A stretch of 64,000 nucleotides of DNA from assembly GCA_964398815.1 (NCBI GenBank), contig CAYNNZ010000001.1, positions 53,071 to 117,070 of the forward strand, read 5' to 3'. A model generated the notes under the pieces. It saw only the letters and a program-made list of their open reading frames with translations, was not told the DNA's origin and did no database searches. Positions 1 through 9,288 of this stretch are shown here, one piece after another (position 1 is the first letter of the stretch; each line of letters begins with the position of its first letter). The stretch is from an uncultured Candidatus Saccharibacteria bacterium. GTDB taxonomy: Bacteria; Patescibacteriota; Minisyncoccia; Phycocordibacterales; Phycocordibacteraceae. A program made the position numbers and the translations under genes.

Positions 1-2
1 AA

Positions 3-374
3 GCATATGCGGGTAAGCGAAAGATATGCGTGCTTGGTAATACGGGAGGCGGACGTGATACCTGGAAGCGTCCAGAGATGGGACGTATCGCAGATGAGTA
101 TTGCGATGAAGTCATCCTCACCGATGAGGACCCATACGATGAGAACCCGCAGGAAATCGTGGACGCAATGGCGGAGGGTATGAAGCGTGCGCCGAAAATC
201 ATTATGGATAGACGCGAGGCTATCCGAGAAGCGCTTTCGTCGGCAAAGACGGGCGACGCAGTGCTTATCACCGGGAAAGGCACGGACCCCTACATCATGC
301 GGGCGAGAGGAGCACGCGAGGAGTGGAGTGATGCGCGTGTCGTGCGAGAAGAACTCGGAAAACTCGCTTCGTAA
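3..374 (+). CDS. Mur ligase family protein, C-terminal domain (MurE/MurF-like), 5' partial at window edge
   Basis: Frame open from position 3. Translation KRKICVLGNTGGGRDTWKRPEMG...ILTDEDPYDE...ITGKGTDPY matches the Mur ligase C-terminal domain pattern. The gene is truncated by the window start. Confidence 0.6.
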   Translation, partial: AYAGKRKICVLGNTGGGRDTWKRPEMGRIADEYCDEVILTDEDPYDENPQEIVDAMAEGMKRAPKIIMDRREAIREALSSAKTGDAVLITGKGTDPYIMRARGAREEWSDARVVREELGKLAS

Positions 375-390
375 TTGCTACTATATAGAC

Positions 391-1005
391 ATGAAAGTTG
401 ATGGTCTCTTCCTGCTGGTCTGTCTCATCTTCCTCTTCGTGGCGTGGTTCGCTACCGGTGGCCCATCACGTCCTATTGCATCAGCGGGTCCATGGATAAC
501 TCCACTCACGAGAAGTGGCGAGGAATCGCAGGGCTATCGCACTGTCGCTCCCGCCAACCCAGTCAATCGCGACGCCTACCCACGTGTCCCCTCTGGAAGT
601 CCGAGCACTATATCAAGCGGAGAAACCAATACGCGCAGCGGTTCTGGCAGCGTGTACATCGACCGCTCGATGTATGGCCCCGCATCGGGAAACCCTAATA
701 GCGAGTACGTCGCACTCGTGAACGCGAGCTCATCCGCGGTATCAGTAAGCGGGTGGCGCCTTTCGAGCAAGGCGACCGGCGCCTCCATTACTATCCCTGC
801 CACCAGTCCGATTGTCTCGAATGGCCGCACCGCCATCGTAAGCGGACGTAAATCAGCGAATGACGCATATAAGGATGGTTCCTGCGCACAGTCCGCAAGC
901 GCCTGCGTATATCTCGACCGCAATCTTGAAATGTATGCCGCGAGCAAGGAAACCATCACGCTCACCAACGCGAGCGGGAAAGTAGTCGATTCATTCAGCT
1001 ACTAG
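391..1005 (+). CDS. membrane-anchored lamin-tail-domain (LTD) protein
   Basis: ATG at 391 (MKVDGLFLLVCLIFLFVAWF), an N-terminal TM helix. The C-terminus reads EYVALVNASSSAVSVSGWRL...ETITLTNASGKVVDSFSY, typical of LTD domains. Confidence 0.5.
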   Translation: MKVDGLFLLVCLIFLFVAWFATGGPSRPIASAGPWITPLTRSGEESQGYRTVAPANPVNRDAYPRVPSGSPSTISSGETNTRSGSGSVYIDRSMYGPASGNPNSEYVALVNASSSAVSVSGWRLSSKATGASITIPATSPIVSNGRTAIVSGRKSANDAYKDGSCAQSASACVYLDRNLEMYAASKETITLTNASGKVVDSFSY

Positions 1006-1052
1006 AAAAGCCTGAAGGTAAGTGCTAGTTTGAGGAAGTTCGCCCTTCGTGC

Positions 1053-1125
1053 GCGCCCGTAGCTCAGTCGGTAGAGCAGCTCCCTTTTAAGGAGACGGTC
1101 GATGGTTCGAGCCCATCCGGGCGCA
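1053..1125 (+). tRNA. tRNA-Lys (anticodon UUU)
   Basis: Cloverleaf read by eye. Acceptor GCGCCCG/CGGGCGC, D-arm GCTCAGTCGGTAGAGC, anticodon loop CTTTTAA, T-arm GATGGTTCGAGCCCATC, discriminator A. No encoded CCA (followed by CTC). Confidence 0.8.
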
Positions 1126-1136
1126 CTCAAGACAGA

Positions 1137-1165
1137 AACACCTGCCCTGCGGCAGGTTTTCTGCT
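1137..1165 (+). terminator. rho-independent terminator after tRNA-Lys
   Basis: Hairpin ACCTGCC-CTGC-GGCAGGT followed by TTTTCT. Confidence 0.5.
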
Positions 1166-1265
1166 TGAGTGCGAGCCGGAGTGATGTTTTGTCAGCAGGC
1201 AAAACCACGAGGCGAGGTCGCGGCCGGAGGCAAGTGACGACGAACCTCCGAGCGGTGACCACAAA

Positions 1266-1919
1266 TTACTTTAGTGAGAGAGCAAATCGCTCGAGCGCCG
1301 GCGAAAGCGCTAAATCTCCACTTCGTGCACTTGAGAGAAGTTCAATCAATTGAACCGATAGCTCGCGAGATTCCTTCTCGCTCCACGCGCGACTACCCTT
1401 CTGCATCATGTCGCGAGCTTTCCAGTGAAGCAGCCCATGCAGCATTTCAGGAACATCTCCTTGCCGCTCCGCCTTCTGAAGTTCCTTCCAGAGCGCCGGT
1501 CCGTCTTTAGCAGCAAGCGCGTTTACGAGCGCACTATTGAACCCTCGAGCCGGTTTCTTTTCAGCTGCATCGAACGTAAATATTTTTTCCGCCTGTGCTT
1601 CAAGTTTTTTCAAACGAGCCGCGAGCAGTTTCGGCGCGACGATTGCGATAGGGTTATGCGATTCTTTAATTTGTGGAAGTGCAGCGAGCACCGCATCAGC
1701 CGCTCCTGCTAGTGCAAATGGGTCGTCGAGTAGGACGAGCATCTTGTTGAAAAAGAGTCCCTGCGACTGCACGACCTCCTCAAGTGCTGACTCGCTCACC
1801 TCATCTGCCCCGAGGCGAATGTAGGGAGCGTTCGGTTCCTTTTTACGGGCTGCTGCTGCCCACGCGAACGCCTTCGCGCGCACGGTCTTGGTGTCACTGC
1901 CGGTGAATAGGTACAGCAT
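1266..1919 (-). CDS. DNA polymerase III delta subunit-like (HolA-like), short
   Basis: 217-aa ORF starting 1 nt downstream of polA on the same strand. The N-terminus MLYLFTGSDT... resembles HolA N-termini. This is a weak, by-eye assignment. Confidence 0.4.
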   Translation of the reverse strand: MLYLFTGSDTKTVRAKAFAWAAAARKKEPNAPYIRLGADEVSESALEEVVQSQGLFFNKMLVLLDDPFALAGAADAVLAALPQIKESHNPIAIVAPKLLAARLKKLEAQAEKIFTFDAAEKKPARGFNSALVNALAAKDGPALWKELQKAERQGDVPEMLHGLLHWKARDMMQKGSRAWSEKESRELSVQLIELLSSARSGDLALSPALERFALSLK

Positions 1920-1920
1920 A

Positions 1921-4311
1921 TTAGGTGAGCATGAATGGTACCGCGTCTCCCCACGAGGCTCCGGATTTCATCTCAGCCAAGATGGGAACACCCTTCGTTT
2001 CGGAAGCAGGCATTACCGATTCCATGATGCCCTTTATTTCTTTCGCGAGTTCCGACAGTTTAGCTTCGGCTATTTCAAAGACGAGTTCATCGTGCACCTG
2101 AAGGAGGAGGTGCGCGTCGTCCTGCCAACCATTCTTCGCGAGCAGCTCGTCGATGCGTACCATCGCGAGCTTGATGATGTCTGCCTGTGTACCCTGAATC
2201 GGCGCGTTAATAGCCATACGTTCCGCCTGTGCGCGCACATACGGCAGCGGAGATTTCATTTCTGGGAATTGGCGACGCCTGCCGAAGAGCGTTTCGGTGA
2301 ATCCGTTTTTTCGCGCGAAGCCCTTCGTGGATTCAAGGTACTTTGCGAGCGTATCGAAGGTCGCAAAGTAGTCATCATAGAACTGATGCGCCTCTGCCTG
2401 AGAAGTTCCGAGCTGAGTCTTAAGCGCATTAACGCCCATGCCGTAGAGGATGCCGAAGTTAATTATTTTCGCACGACGGCGCATTTCAGCATCCACCTCC
2501 CCCGGTGCGACACCAAAGACTGCGGCAGCAACTTCTCGATGCACGTCACGTCCGCTCTTGAAGATATCTATGAGTTTCTCGTCACCCGAGAGTATCGCCG
2601 CGATGCGCAGCTCGACCTGCGAGTAGTCGAGCGCAAGAATCACACTTCCTTTGGGAGCAATGAAAGCGTGTCTGATGGCGCGACCGCGCTCGGTCCGTAT
2701 TGGAATATTCTGAAGCCCGGGCTTCTCACTTGCCATACGGCCGGTGACCGCCCCGTACTGCAGAAACTGTGCGTGCAGGCGATCCGCATCATCGAGAAGT
2801 GTAGGAATAGTATCGATATACGTACCGAGCAGTTTCGCGAGTCCGCGATATTCGAGTATGTCCTCAATTATCGGGTGTACGTCCTTCAGTTTTTCGAGTT
2901 CCGACTCCTTCGTCGAGCGCTGACCCGTAGCGGTCTTCTTGGTCTTCATCCCCTCTCCGAGACCCATCTCGTCATAGAGAACATCCCCCAGCTGTTTGGG
3001 TGAGGCGATATTAAATTCGTGCCCCGCGGCTTTATATATGCGCTTCTCGATTGTCTCGAGGTCACCGCGATACTCTTTCGCAAGTTTCTGTAGCGCCTTG
3101 CGGTCAATGAGCACGCCATACTCTTTCATGCGCGCAATTATCGGAATGAGTGGTTGCTCAATTTCCTGATATACCTCCGCAAGCCTTCCGGTCTCCTGTA
3201 TCGTTTTCTCGAGGTCTCCATATGCTTCCTCGAACGTCTGTTTGCCGGTATAGCCGAGTACGTCTTCAAGCGTTGGGTTGGTGAAGTCCGAGCAGACGAG
3301 CCAGAGCATGACTTTTGCCTCCTCGATTCGTTCGGGTGCAATCTCTTCCTCGGTCCTTCCTCCCTCCTCTTCTTCATCATCCAGCTCGCCGCCAATGAGC
3401 GACTGTGCTCGTCCACGTAGCGACCGAAAACCAAGCTCGTCGAACAGCTTCGCAACGTTCGCAAGCTGCACCTCTTCGAGCCATCCAGTCTTCGGAAGCT
3501 GGTACGCAATAGGTGCATCCTGACGGATTACCGCGATATGTTTCGAGAACATCGCATCCTCTTCGTGCTCCTTGAGAAGAGTCACGATGCGGGGCTTGAT
3601 GCCCGCATCAAGCAGGGGTTGCTCGCTTTTCTTGAGCGTCTTATAGAGATTCTCTACGGAACCAAACTTCGTAATGAGGTCAGTCGCCGTCTTTTCCCCG
3701 ATTCCCGGAACACCCTTAATGTTGTCGGAAGGGTCACCGCGCAGCCCTTTGTAATCCGGGATGAGTTCCGGTGCGAATCCATATCGTTCGATGACCGCCT
3801 GCTCGTCGTAGAGAATGGTGTCGTTCAAACCCTTTTTGAGCGTATAGACCTGCACTTTCTTCCCATCAATGAGCTGCATTGTGTCCATGTCGCCTGACGC
3901 AATCACGATTTCCAGTTCCTTATTTTTCTCGAACATCTTCACGAGCGTGCCGATAATATCGTCGGCCTCGAATCCTTTGCGTTCGAGAATAGGTACGGAG
4001 AACGCGGCAAACACGTCGCGGCTGGTGGTGAGCTGCGCAATGAGCGCATCATCGGTCTTGCTGCGGGTGCCTTTGTATTCCGCATACGCCTCGTGACGAA
4101 CAGTGGGACCGGCAAGGTCGTATGCGGCCGCTATGTAATCGGGTTTTAGGTCACCGAATATACGCAGCAGCATTGAGGCAAGTCCATAGAGTGCACCGGT
4201 CGGGGCACCGTCAGGCCCGGTGAATTCTGGCAGCGCATGATACGCGCGGTGAATGATGGCGTGCGAGTCAAGAATAACGAGCCGTTTTTTGTCCGTAGTC
4301 TTTTTAGGCAT
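1921..4311 (-). CDS. polA: DNA polymerase I (5'-3' exonuclease plus polymerase domains)
   Basis: 796 aa. N-terminal 5'-nuclease signature RLVILDSHAIIHRAYHA. Polymerase motifs RRRAKIINFGILYGMG and QVHDELVFE. Confidence 0.9.
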   Translation of the reverse strand: MPKKTTDKKRLVILDSHAIIHRAYHALPEFTGPDGAPTGALYGLASMLLRIFGDLKPDYIAAAYDLAGPTVRHEAYAEYKGTRSKTDDALIAQLTTSRDVFAAFSVPILERKGFEADDIIGTLVKMFEKNKELEIVIASGDMDTMQLIDGKKVQVYTLKKGLNDTILYDEQAVIERYGFAPELIPDYKGLRGDPSDNIKGVPGIGEKTATDLITKFGSVENLYKTLKKSEQPLLDAGIKPRIVTLLKEHEEDAMFSKHIAVIRQDAPIAYQLPKTGWLEEVQLANVAKLFDELGFRSLRGRAQSLIGGELDDEEEEGGRTEEEIAPERIEEAKVMLWLVCSDFTNPTLEDVLGYTGKQTFEEAYGDLEKTIQETGRLAEVYQEIEQPLIPIIARMKEYGVLIDRKALQKLAKEYRGDLETIEKRIYKAAGHEFNIASPKQLGDVLYDEMGLGEGMKTKKTATGQRSTKESELEKLKDVHPIIEDILEYRGLAKLLGTYIDTIPTLLDDADRLHAQFLQYGAVTGRMASEKPGLQNIPIRTERGRAIRHAFIAPKGSVILALDYSQVELRIAAILSGDEKLIDIFKSGRDVHREVAAAVFGVAPGEVDAEMRRRAKIINFGILYGMGVNALKTQLGTSQAEAHQFYDDYFATFDTLAKYLESTKGFARKNGFTETLFGRRRQFPEMKSPLPYVRAQAERMAINAPIQGTQADIIKLAMVRIDELLAKNGWQDDAHLLLQVHDELVFEIAEAKLSELAKEIKGIMESVMPASETKGVPILAEMKSGASWGDAVPFMLT

Positions 4312-4783
4312 AGGTCATGGTGCGTGAGCCATTGGGTTCAGGAACAAGCGTTATGGAAATGTCTGGAACAGGAAGTGCGTCAGCGATGCGCTCCGGCCAC
4401 TCAATGATGATGAGATTCTTCGCATCGGCCGCAAGTGAATCGAACCCGAGCGCGGCGAGCTCAGCACCTCCATTCAAGCGATATGCGTCGATGTGCACGA
4501 GTTTTGAAAAAGAATCTTGGGACGGAAGTTCGTATATTTTCTCGAGTACAAATGTCGGGCTCGTTACCTGCTCGGTAACACCAAGCGCTCGCGCCACCTC
4601 CTGCGTAAACGTCGTCTTCCCTGCCCCGAGTTCGCCGGTAAGCGTAATGAGAGTCGCGCCCGCAGACTTCGGAGCAAGCCGCGCAACAAGCGACTGTGCC
4701 TCTTCTCGTACTGCTTCTATGTCGGCTATGCGCTTTTCCACTCCCCGATTGTACCTCCCAAAAGAAAAAGCGCCTGCAGCCAC
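4304..4783 (-). CDS. tsaE: tRNA threonylcarbamoyladenosine biosynthesis protein TsaE (YjeE P-loop ATPase)
   Basis: P-loop LTGELGAGKTTFTQ and a length of about 150 aa. The stop lies 2 nt upstream of the polA start. Confidence 0.7.
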   Translation of the reverse strand: MAAGAFSFGRYNRGVEKRIADIEAVREEAQSLVARLAPKSAGATLITLTGELGAGKTTFTQEVARALGVTEQVTSPTFVLEKIYELPSQDSFSKLVHIDAYRLNGGAELAALGFDSLAADAKNLIIIEWPERIADALPVPDISITLVPEPNGSRTMTYA

Positions 4784-4828
4784 ACGGGGTGACTACAGGC
4801 ACTTCTTGAGTTGAGCATGGCCCTCCAG

Positions 4829-5629
4829 CTAGCAGCGGCCGCAGCGATTGCCTCGGCCGAAGTAGAGAATCGTGCCGAGGATGGCCGCGACCCCGAAGCC
4901 AGTGGCGATACGCTCGCCATTGCTCGGGATTCGCTCCTCGTTGGTGCACTGGTAGCCTTCCCGGCCCTGGGTGCGTTCGCACCCGACCCGCCGAGTCATC
5001 GTGAGGCCGCTGTCGCGGCCGCGCTGCTGCTCGGGGGTGTTCGGACTTGCCTGCCACTGCGCCAGCTGCATTTGCTGGTCGAACGTCGGCCCTTGCGGGG
5101 CCGGCGGTTGCGGGGGCGGAGCCGGTTGCACGTAGGCAGCCGGCTGCACCTCGGGAGCGTAGACGGTTTGCTGAATCCCCACTTGCGCGGGGTTGCTGCC
5201 GACATACGCGCCGTCATAGGTGTACCAGTAGAACGGGACGTCCGACCGCCAGCGCGTGTTGTTCTGCGTCATGACGCCACAGCGGATTTGCTGCGAGCGG
5301 CCTTGGCAGGCCCAGTGGTCGCCGCGTGCGAGGACGAGTCCTCGCGGAAGCGGCGGATTCACCCATGCCTGAGCCGGCGGTGCCGGGGGCGGCGGAGGCG
5401 CCGAGGCAACAGCCACACGAGCCGGGGTCGGGGTGACCACGGGAGCGGGAGGCGACGGAGTCGTCGGAGCAGGGGTGGAGGCGACCGGGGTGGGCGCGAC
5501 CGTGTCCTGGTTGCCGGCGATGCGTTCGCTGAGCGACATGATGCCGTTCGTTTCGGCGAAGGCCGGCGCGGACGGGAGGAGGATGCTCAGAATGGAAAGA
5601 GCAACCAATCCTTTACGAAATTTAGACAT
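4829..5629 (-). CDS. secreted Pro/Ala-rich protein with C-terminal TM helix and Arg/Cys tail, in a GC-rich islet
   Basis: Signal peptide MSKFRKGLVALSILSILLPSAPAFA and proline-rich repeats. The C-terminus is GFGVAAILGTILYFGRGNRCGRC. Third codon positions are almost all G/C, unlike neighbouring genes. The opposite-strand ORF 4811..5632 is judged an artefact of high GC. Confidence 0.5.
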   Translation of the reverse strand: MSKFRKGLVALSILSILLPSAPAFAETNGIMSLSERIAGNQDTVAPTPVASTPAPTTPSPPAPVVTPTPARVAVASAPPPPPAPPAQAWVNPPLPRGLVLARGDHWACQGRSQQIRCGVMTQNNTRWRSDVPFYWYTYDGAYVGSNPAQVGIQQTVYAPEVQPAAYVQPAPPPQPPAPQGPTFDQQMQLAQWQASPNTPEQQRGRDSGLTMTRRVGCERTQGREGYQCTNEERIPSNGERIATGFGVAAILGTILYFGRGNRCGRC

Positions 5630-5737
5630 TGAGTGTCCTTTCGAGACAGAGTGATTGGATGTGCGTTAAATATCGCATATTTACACGTTTTGTCAAGTAC
5701 CCCAAAGCGAGGCTTTATGCGGTGGTATCATGCCTCC

Positions 5738-7414
5738 ATGCCCCTCCCATTCGATACAGACGCTGAAGACCAGAAACTCGCATCCCTCCGGGAGCGCGAG
5801 GAGGAAGACCTGGCGCATCTCCTCGCTGAGAAATACGACCTCTCCTACACCGACCTCACGATGGTCGCGATAAACATGGACGCGCTTCGACTTCTACCCG
5901 AAGCAAAAGCACGCGAGGCTGAGGCCGTGCTGTTTGATAAGAATGGAAAGCACCTCTCCATTGCGATGAAGAGTCCGCAGAACCCTGCTACTCCCCTTCT
6001 TCTTTCAGAACTCGAGAATGAGGGCTACCTATTGAATAAGTTCATGATTTCGCAGAAGAGCCTCGATCGTGCACTTGAGCGCTATGCGGATCTGTCTATG
6101 GCGTCTGAAAGCGAGGCGGGTGTGTTCTCGGTCGGAAAGGCTGAACTCGAGACGCTCGAAGAGAAACTCACAACCGTCCCAGCCTTCTCTGCACATCTCG
6201 CAGAACTTATGAGTGACCCGGCACACTCCCAAACCTCACGTCTCTTCGAGGAAATACTTGCCGCAGCATTTGCCATGCGCGCTTCGGACATACACATCGA
6301 ACCAGAGGAAGCGACTGTCCGCCTGCGCCTGCGTCTCGATGGCATCCTTACGGACGCGTACACCTTCGAGCCTGCTACCTATAAAGGTCTGTCGTCACGT
6401 ATCAAGCTGCTTTCGGGACTCAAGCTGAACGTGAACGACCGCGCACAGGATGGACGCTTCTCGGTTTCAGTTGGCGGCGCCGAAGTAGAGGTGCGTACCT
6501 CGGTCATTCCTGGTGGGTATGGGGAATCCATTGTGCTGCGCATCTTGGACCCACAAGCGATACAAGTGACCTTCGACTCCCTTGGTATTCATCCGAAGCT
6601 GCTCGCACGCCTCGAGGAAGAAATAAAGCGCCCGAATGGCATGTTGCTGACGACTGGCCCAACCGGCTCCGGCAAAACAACCACGCTCTATACGTTCCTG
6701 CGCCATATCCATACGCCGGACATAAAGATAATTACGATTGAAGACCCGATTGAGTACCACCTCCCTGGCATTGTGCAGACGCAGACCGATGGTAAAGAGT
6801 ACACATTCGCCTCTGGACTCCGTTCCATTCTGCGCCAGGACCCAGACGTAATCATGGTCGGAGAAATCCGTGATATGGAAGTTGCGGAGACTGCGATTCA
6901 GGCGGCACTCACCGGCCACTTCGTGTTTTCAACGCTGCACACTAATAACGCTGCCGGCACGTTCCCACGACTTTCAGACCTCGGTGCCGACCCGAAAGCA
7001 TTTGCTTCCGCAGTTACGGTCGCCATGGCTCAGCGACTCGTACGCAAACTCGACCCGGAGAAGCGCAAGCAGGTTCCGCTCGTAGGCGAACAGCGCGCGC
7101 TGGTGGAAAAAATAGTCGCAAGCATTGCAGACCCGGCGCTTGTCCCTGCTTCGCTCGACATGACGTGGGTGCCTGACACACAGGAGGGCGACGACATCAC
7201 GGTCGGCTACTCAGGACGTGTTGGCCTGTATGAGGCAATATTCATGGATGAACAGCTTGGCGAATTTCTGCGCAGTAATCCGAGCGAGGGCGAGATAGCA
7301 AAAGAAGTAGCACGCCAAGGCTTCCTCACCATGGCGCAGGACGGGGTGATTAAGGCATTGAACGGCATTACGTCGCTTGATGAGGTTTTCCGAGTCGTCG
7401 ACCTCCCCCACTAA
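5738..7414 (+). CDS. GspE/PilB-family secretion ATPase (type IV pilus / T2SS assembly ATPase paralogue)
   Basis: Walker A GPTGSGKTTTLY, a conserved Asp/His box region and an N-terminal GSPII_E_N-like domain. The probable start is the ATG at 5738 (MPLPFDTDAEDQ...). Confidence 0.85.
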   Translation: MPLPFDTDAEDQKLASLREREEEDLAHLLAEKYDLSYTDLTMVAINMDALRLLPEAKAREAEAVLFDKNGKHLSIAMKSPQNPATPLLLSELENEGYLLNKFMISQKSLDRALERYADLSMASESEAGVFSVGKAELETLEEKLTTVPAFSAHLAELMSDPAHSQTSRLFEEILAAAFAMRASDIHIEPEEATVRLRLRLDGILTDAYTFEPATYKGLSSRIKLLSGLKLNVNDRAQDGRFSVSVGGAEVEVRTSVIPGGYGESIVLRILDPQAIQVTFDSLGIHPKLLARLEEEIKRPNGMLLTTGPTGSGKTTTLYTFLRHIHTPDIKIITIEDPIEYHLPGIVQTQTDGKEYTFASGLRSILRQDPDVIMVGEIRDMEVAETAIQAALTGHFVFSTLHTNNAAGTFPRLSDLGADPKAFASAVTVAMAQRLVRKLDPEKRKQVPLVGEQRALVEKIVASIADPALVPASLDMTWVPDTQEGDDITVGYSGRVGLYEAIFMDEQLGEFLRSNPSEGEIAKEVARQGFLTMAQDGVIKALNGITSLDEVFRVVDLPH

Positions 7415-7435
7415 CACTACCTGTCGAAAATAAAC

Positions 7436-7462
7436 AAAAAACTCCCTTTCGGGAGTTTTTTG
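7436..7462 (+). terminator. rho-independent terminator after the PilB-like gene
   Basis: AAAAAACTCCC-TTTC-GGGAGTTTTTT hairpin with a U-tract. Confidence 0.6.
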
Positions 7463-7728
7463 TTTAGGAGATCACGCGTTTGTATCGCGCGCACTACCCT
7501 CCAGGCACTCCTTCTGCAAGCAGAAGGTGAACGAAATGCCTGAGGTGCCGATCAGCGAGCCACGTACAAGCGTGGTACCAATCGGTCCTTGGGAAGACGC
7601 CCGAAGCCGTCAAGCTTTGCCTAGAGGGTATTGCGAACGATGGGGGCTCTAAAAAGAAAAAAGCCCTGCGAGAAAGGTCCTCACAAGGCCAACCCTCGTG
7701 TGCTAGAATGGTAGCACAGTAAGATTCT

Positions 7729-8724
7729 ATGTCAAGTACCCCCCACGAGGAGCCGCTTTCAATAAAAGGTCGCGACCAGGTGCTTGATTCGGCACTGCGT
7801 CCGACTCTCTGGGACGAATACATGGGACAGGGGCATGTAAAAGCCAATATTCAGATACTTATTCAGGCAGCTCGTAAGCGTGGGGACATGCCGGAGCACG
7901 TACTTTTCTATGGTCCACCTGGTGTCGGCAAGACCACGCTTGCCCATCTGGTCGCTATTACGCTTGATGCCCCACTCAAGACCACGTCGGGAGTTGCTAT
8001 TGAACGCGCAGGTGATCTTGCGGCTATTCTCACCAACCTCGAGCCGGGCACCGTGCTTTTCATCGACGAGATACACCAGCTCTCCACCAAGATTGAAGAG
8101 TTACTTTACCCCGCCCTTGAATCAGGCTCGCTCGATATCATTCTCGGCAAGGGTCCGTCTGCTCGTACGGTCGAGCTTGCCCTTCCCGCTTTCACCCTTG
8201 TGGGTGCAACGACACGCATGGCACAACTTTCGAGCCCACTTCGCTCGCGCTTCGGAGGTGGCGTCTACCAGCTCGATTTCTATAGCGAGGATGATCTGCG
8301 CGCGATTATTTCGCGTTCAGCAGAAAAACTCGGAATGCAGCTCACTCCTGATGTGGTGGAACGAATTGCGAGCCGCAGTCGTGCCACACCACGCGTTGCA
8401 AACGCACTTCTAAAACGCATCCGTGACTTCGCGCAGGTGCACGAGAAAGAGCTTACGGTTGAAGTGTGCGACGAAGCCTGTCGACTCTTCGGCATTGACC
8501 CACTTGGTCTCACGAAAGATGACCGCCGGTATCTTGAGACATTGCAGGACGGATTCAAGGGGGGTCCAGCCGGTGTTCGCGCGCTCGCAAGTGCCATGCA
8601 TGAGGACCCGGATACGCTTGAGAATGTATATGAGCCGTATCTGTTGCGCCTCGGGTTCATTGAACGTTCCTCGCGCGGACGACTCCTTACTGACAAGGGG
8701 AAGCGATATTTGCTACAGTCCTAA
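7729..8724 (+). CDS. ruvB: Holliday junction branch migration helicase RuvB
   Basis: AAA+ Walker A GPPGVGKTTLAH, Walker B LFIDEIH, a sensor region and winged-helix C-terminus typical of RuvB. Confidence 0.9.
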   Translation: MSSTPHEEPLSIKGRDQVLDSALRPTLWDEYMGQGHVKANIQILIQAARKRGDMPEHVLFYGPPGVGKTTLAHLVAITLDAPLKTTSGVAIERAGDLAAILTNLEPGTVLFIDEIHQLSTKIEELLYPALESGSLDIILGKGPSARTVELALPAFTLVGATTRMAQLSSPLRSRFGGGVYQLDFYSEDDLRAIISRSAEKLGMQLTPDVVERIASRSRATPRVANALLKRIRDFAQVHEKELTVEVCDEACRLFGIDPLGLTKDDRRYLETLQDGFKGGPAGVRALASAMHEDPDTLENVYEPYLLRLGFIERSSRGRLLTDKGKRYLLQS

Positions 8725-8727
8725 CGT

Positions 8728-9288
8728 ATGGCAGGACACAGTAAATGGGCACAGATAAAGCGAGGCAAGGCGATTACAGACGCTGCAAAAGGACGCGCCT
8801 TTTCAAAATTCGCTCGTGAAATAACGTTGGAATCGAAGAAGGTGGGCGGGAATGTCTCCTCCCCCACCCTTGCCGCAGTCATCACGCGCGCAAAGGCAGT
8901 GAACATGCCTAAGGACAACATCGAGCGCGCGGTAGCCAAAGGCATCAGCAAGGATGCGAGCGATGTTGAACAGGTAGTTTATGAATTTTACGGTCCGGGA
9001 GGAATCGCCATCGTTGTCACCGCACTCACCGACAGCCGCAACCGCACTACTCAGGAGGTGAAGCTGATTCTCACGAAGAATGGGTATGAACTGGGAACTC
9101 CGGGAAGCTCTGCATGGGCATTCACGAAATCTCCGGACGGAAGATACCGAGCCAACGAGCCACTTATGGATATTTCTGGTGACGATGAAGAAAAACTTTC
9201 GCTCCTTCTCACTCTGCTCGACGAACAAGACGATACTCAAGAAGTAACTACTAATGCGCGCGGATATGAGTCCACGAGCGATGAATAG
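8728..9288 (+). CDS. yebC: YebC/PmpR-family DNA-binding regulator (shortened)
   Basis: The N-terminus MAGHSKWAQIKRGKAITDAAKGRAFSKFAREI is the YebC family signature. The acidic C-terminus is shorter than the canonical protein. Confidence 0.8.
   Translation: MAGHSKWAQIKRGKAITDAAKGRAFSKFAREITLESKKVGGNVSSPTLAAVITRAKAVNMPKDNIERAVAKGISKDASDVEQVVYEFYGPGGIAIVVTALTDSRNRTTQEVKLILTKNGYELGTPGSSAWAFTKSPDGRYRANEPLMDISGDDEEKLSLLLTLLDEQDDTQEVTTNARGYESTSDE

Noticed and set aside
4811-5632. 273-aa plus-strand ORF antisense to the GC-rich secreted protein gene
   Set aside because: Long antisense ORFs are expected in high-GC DNA. The minus-strand frame has a signal peptide and coherent domain structure. The plus frame is Arg/Gly-rich low complexity.
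7494-7847. 117-aa minus-strand ORF spanning the pilB-like / ruvB intergenic region
   Set aside because: It overlaps the ruvB 5' end and the terminator hairpin, and has no homology signal. It is probably spurious.
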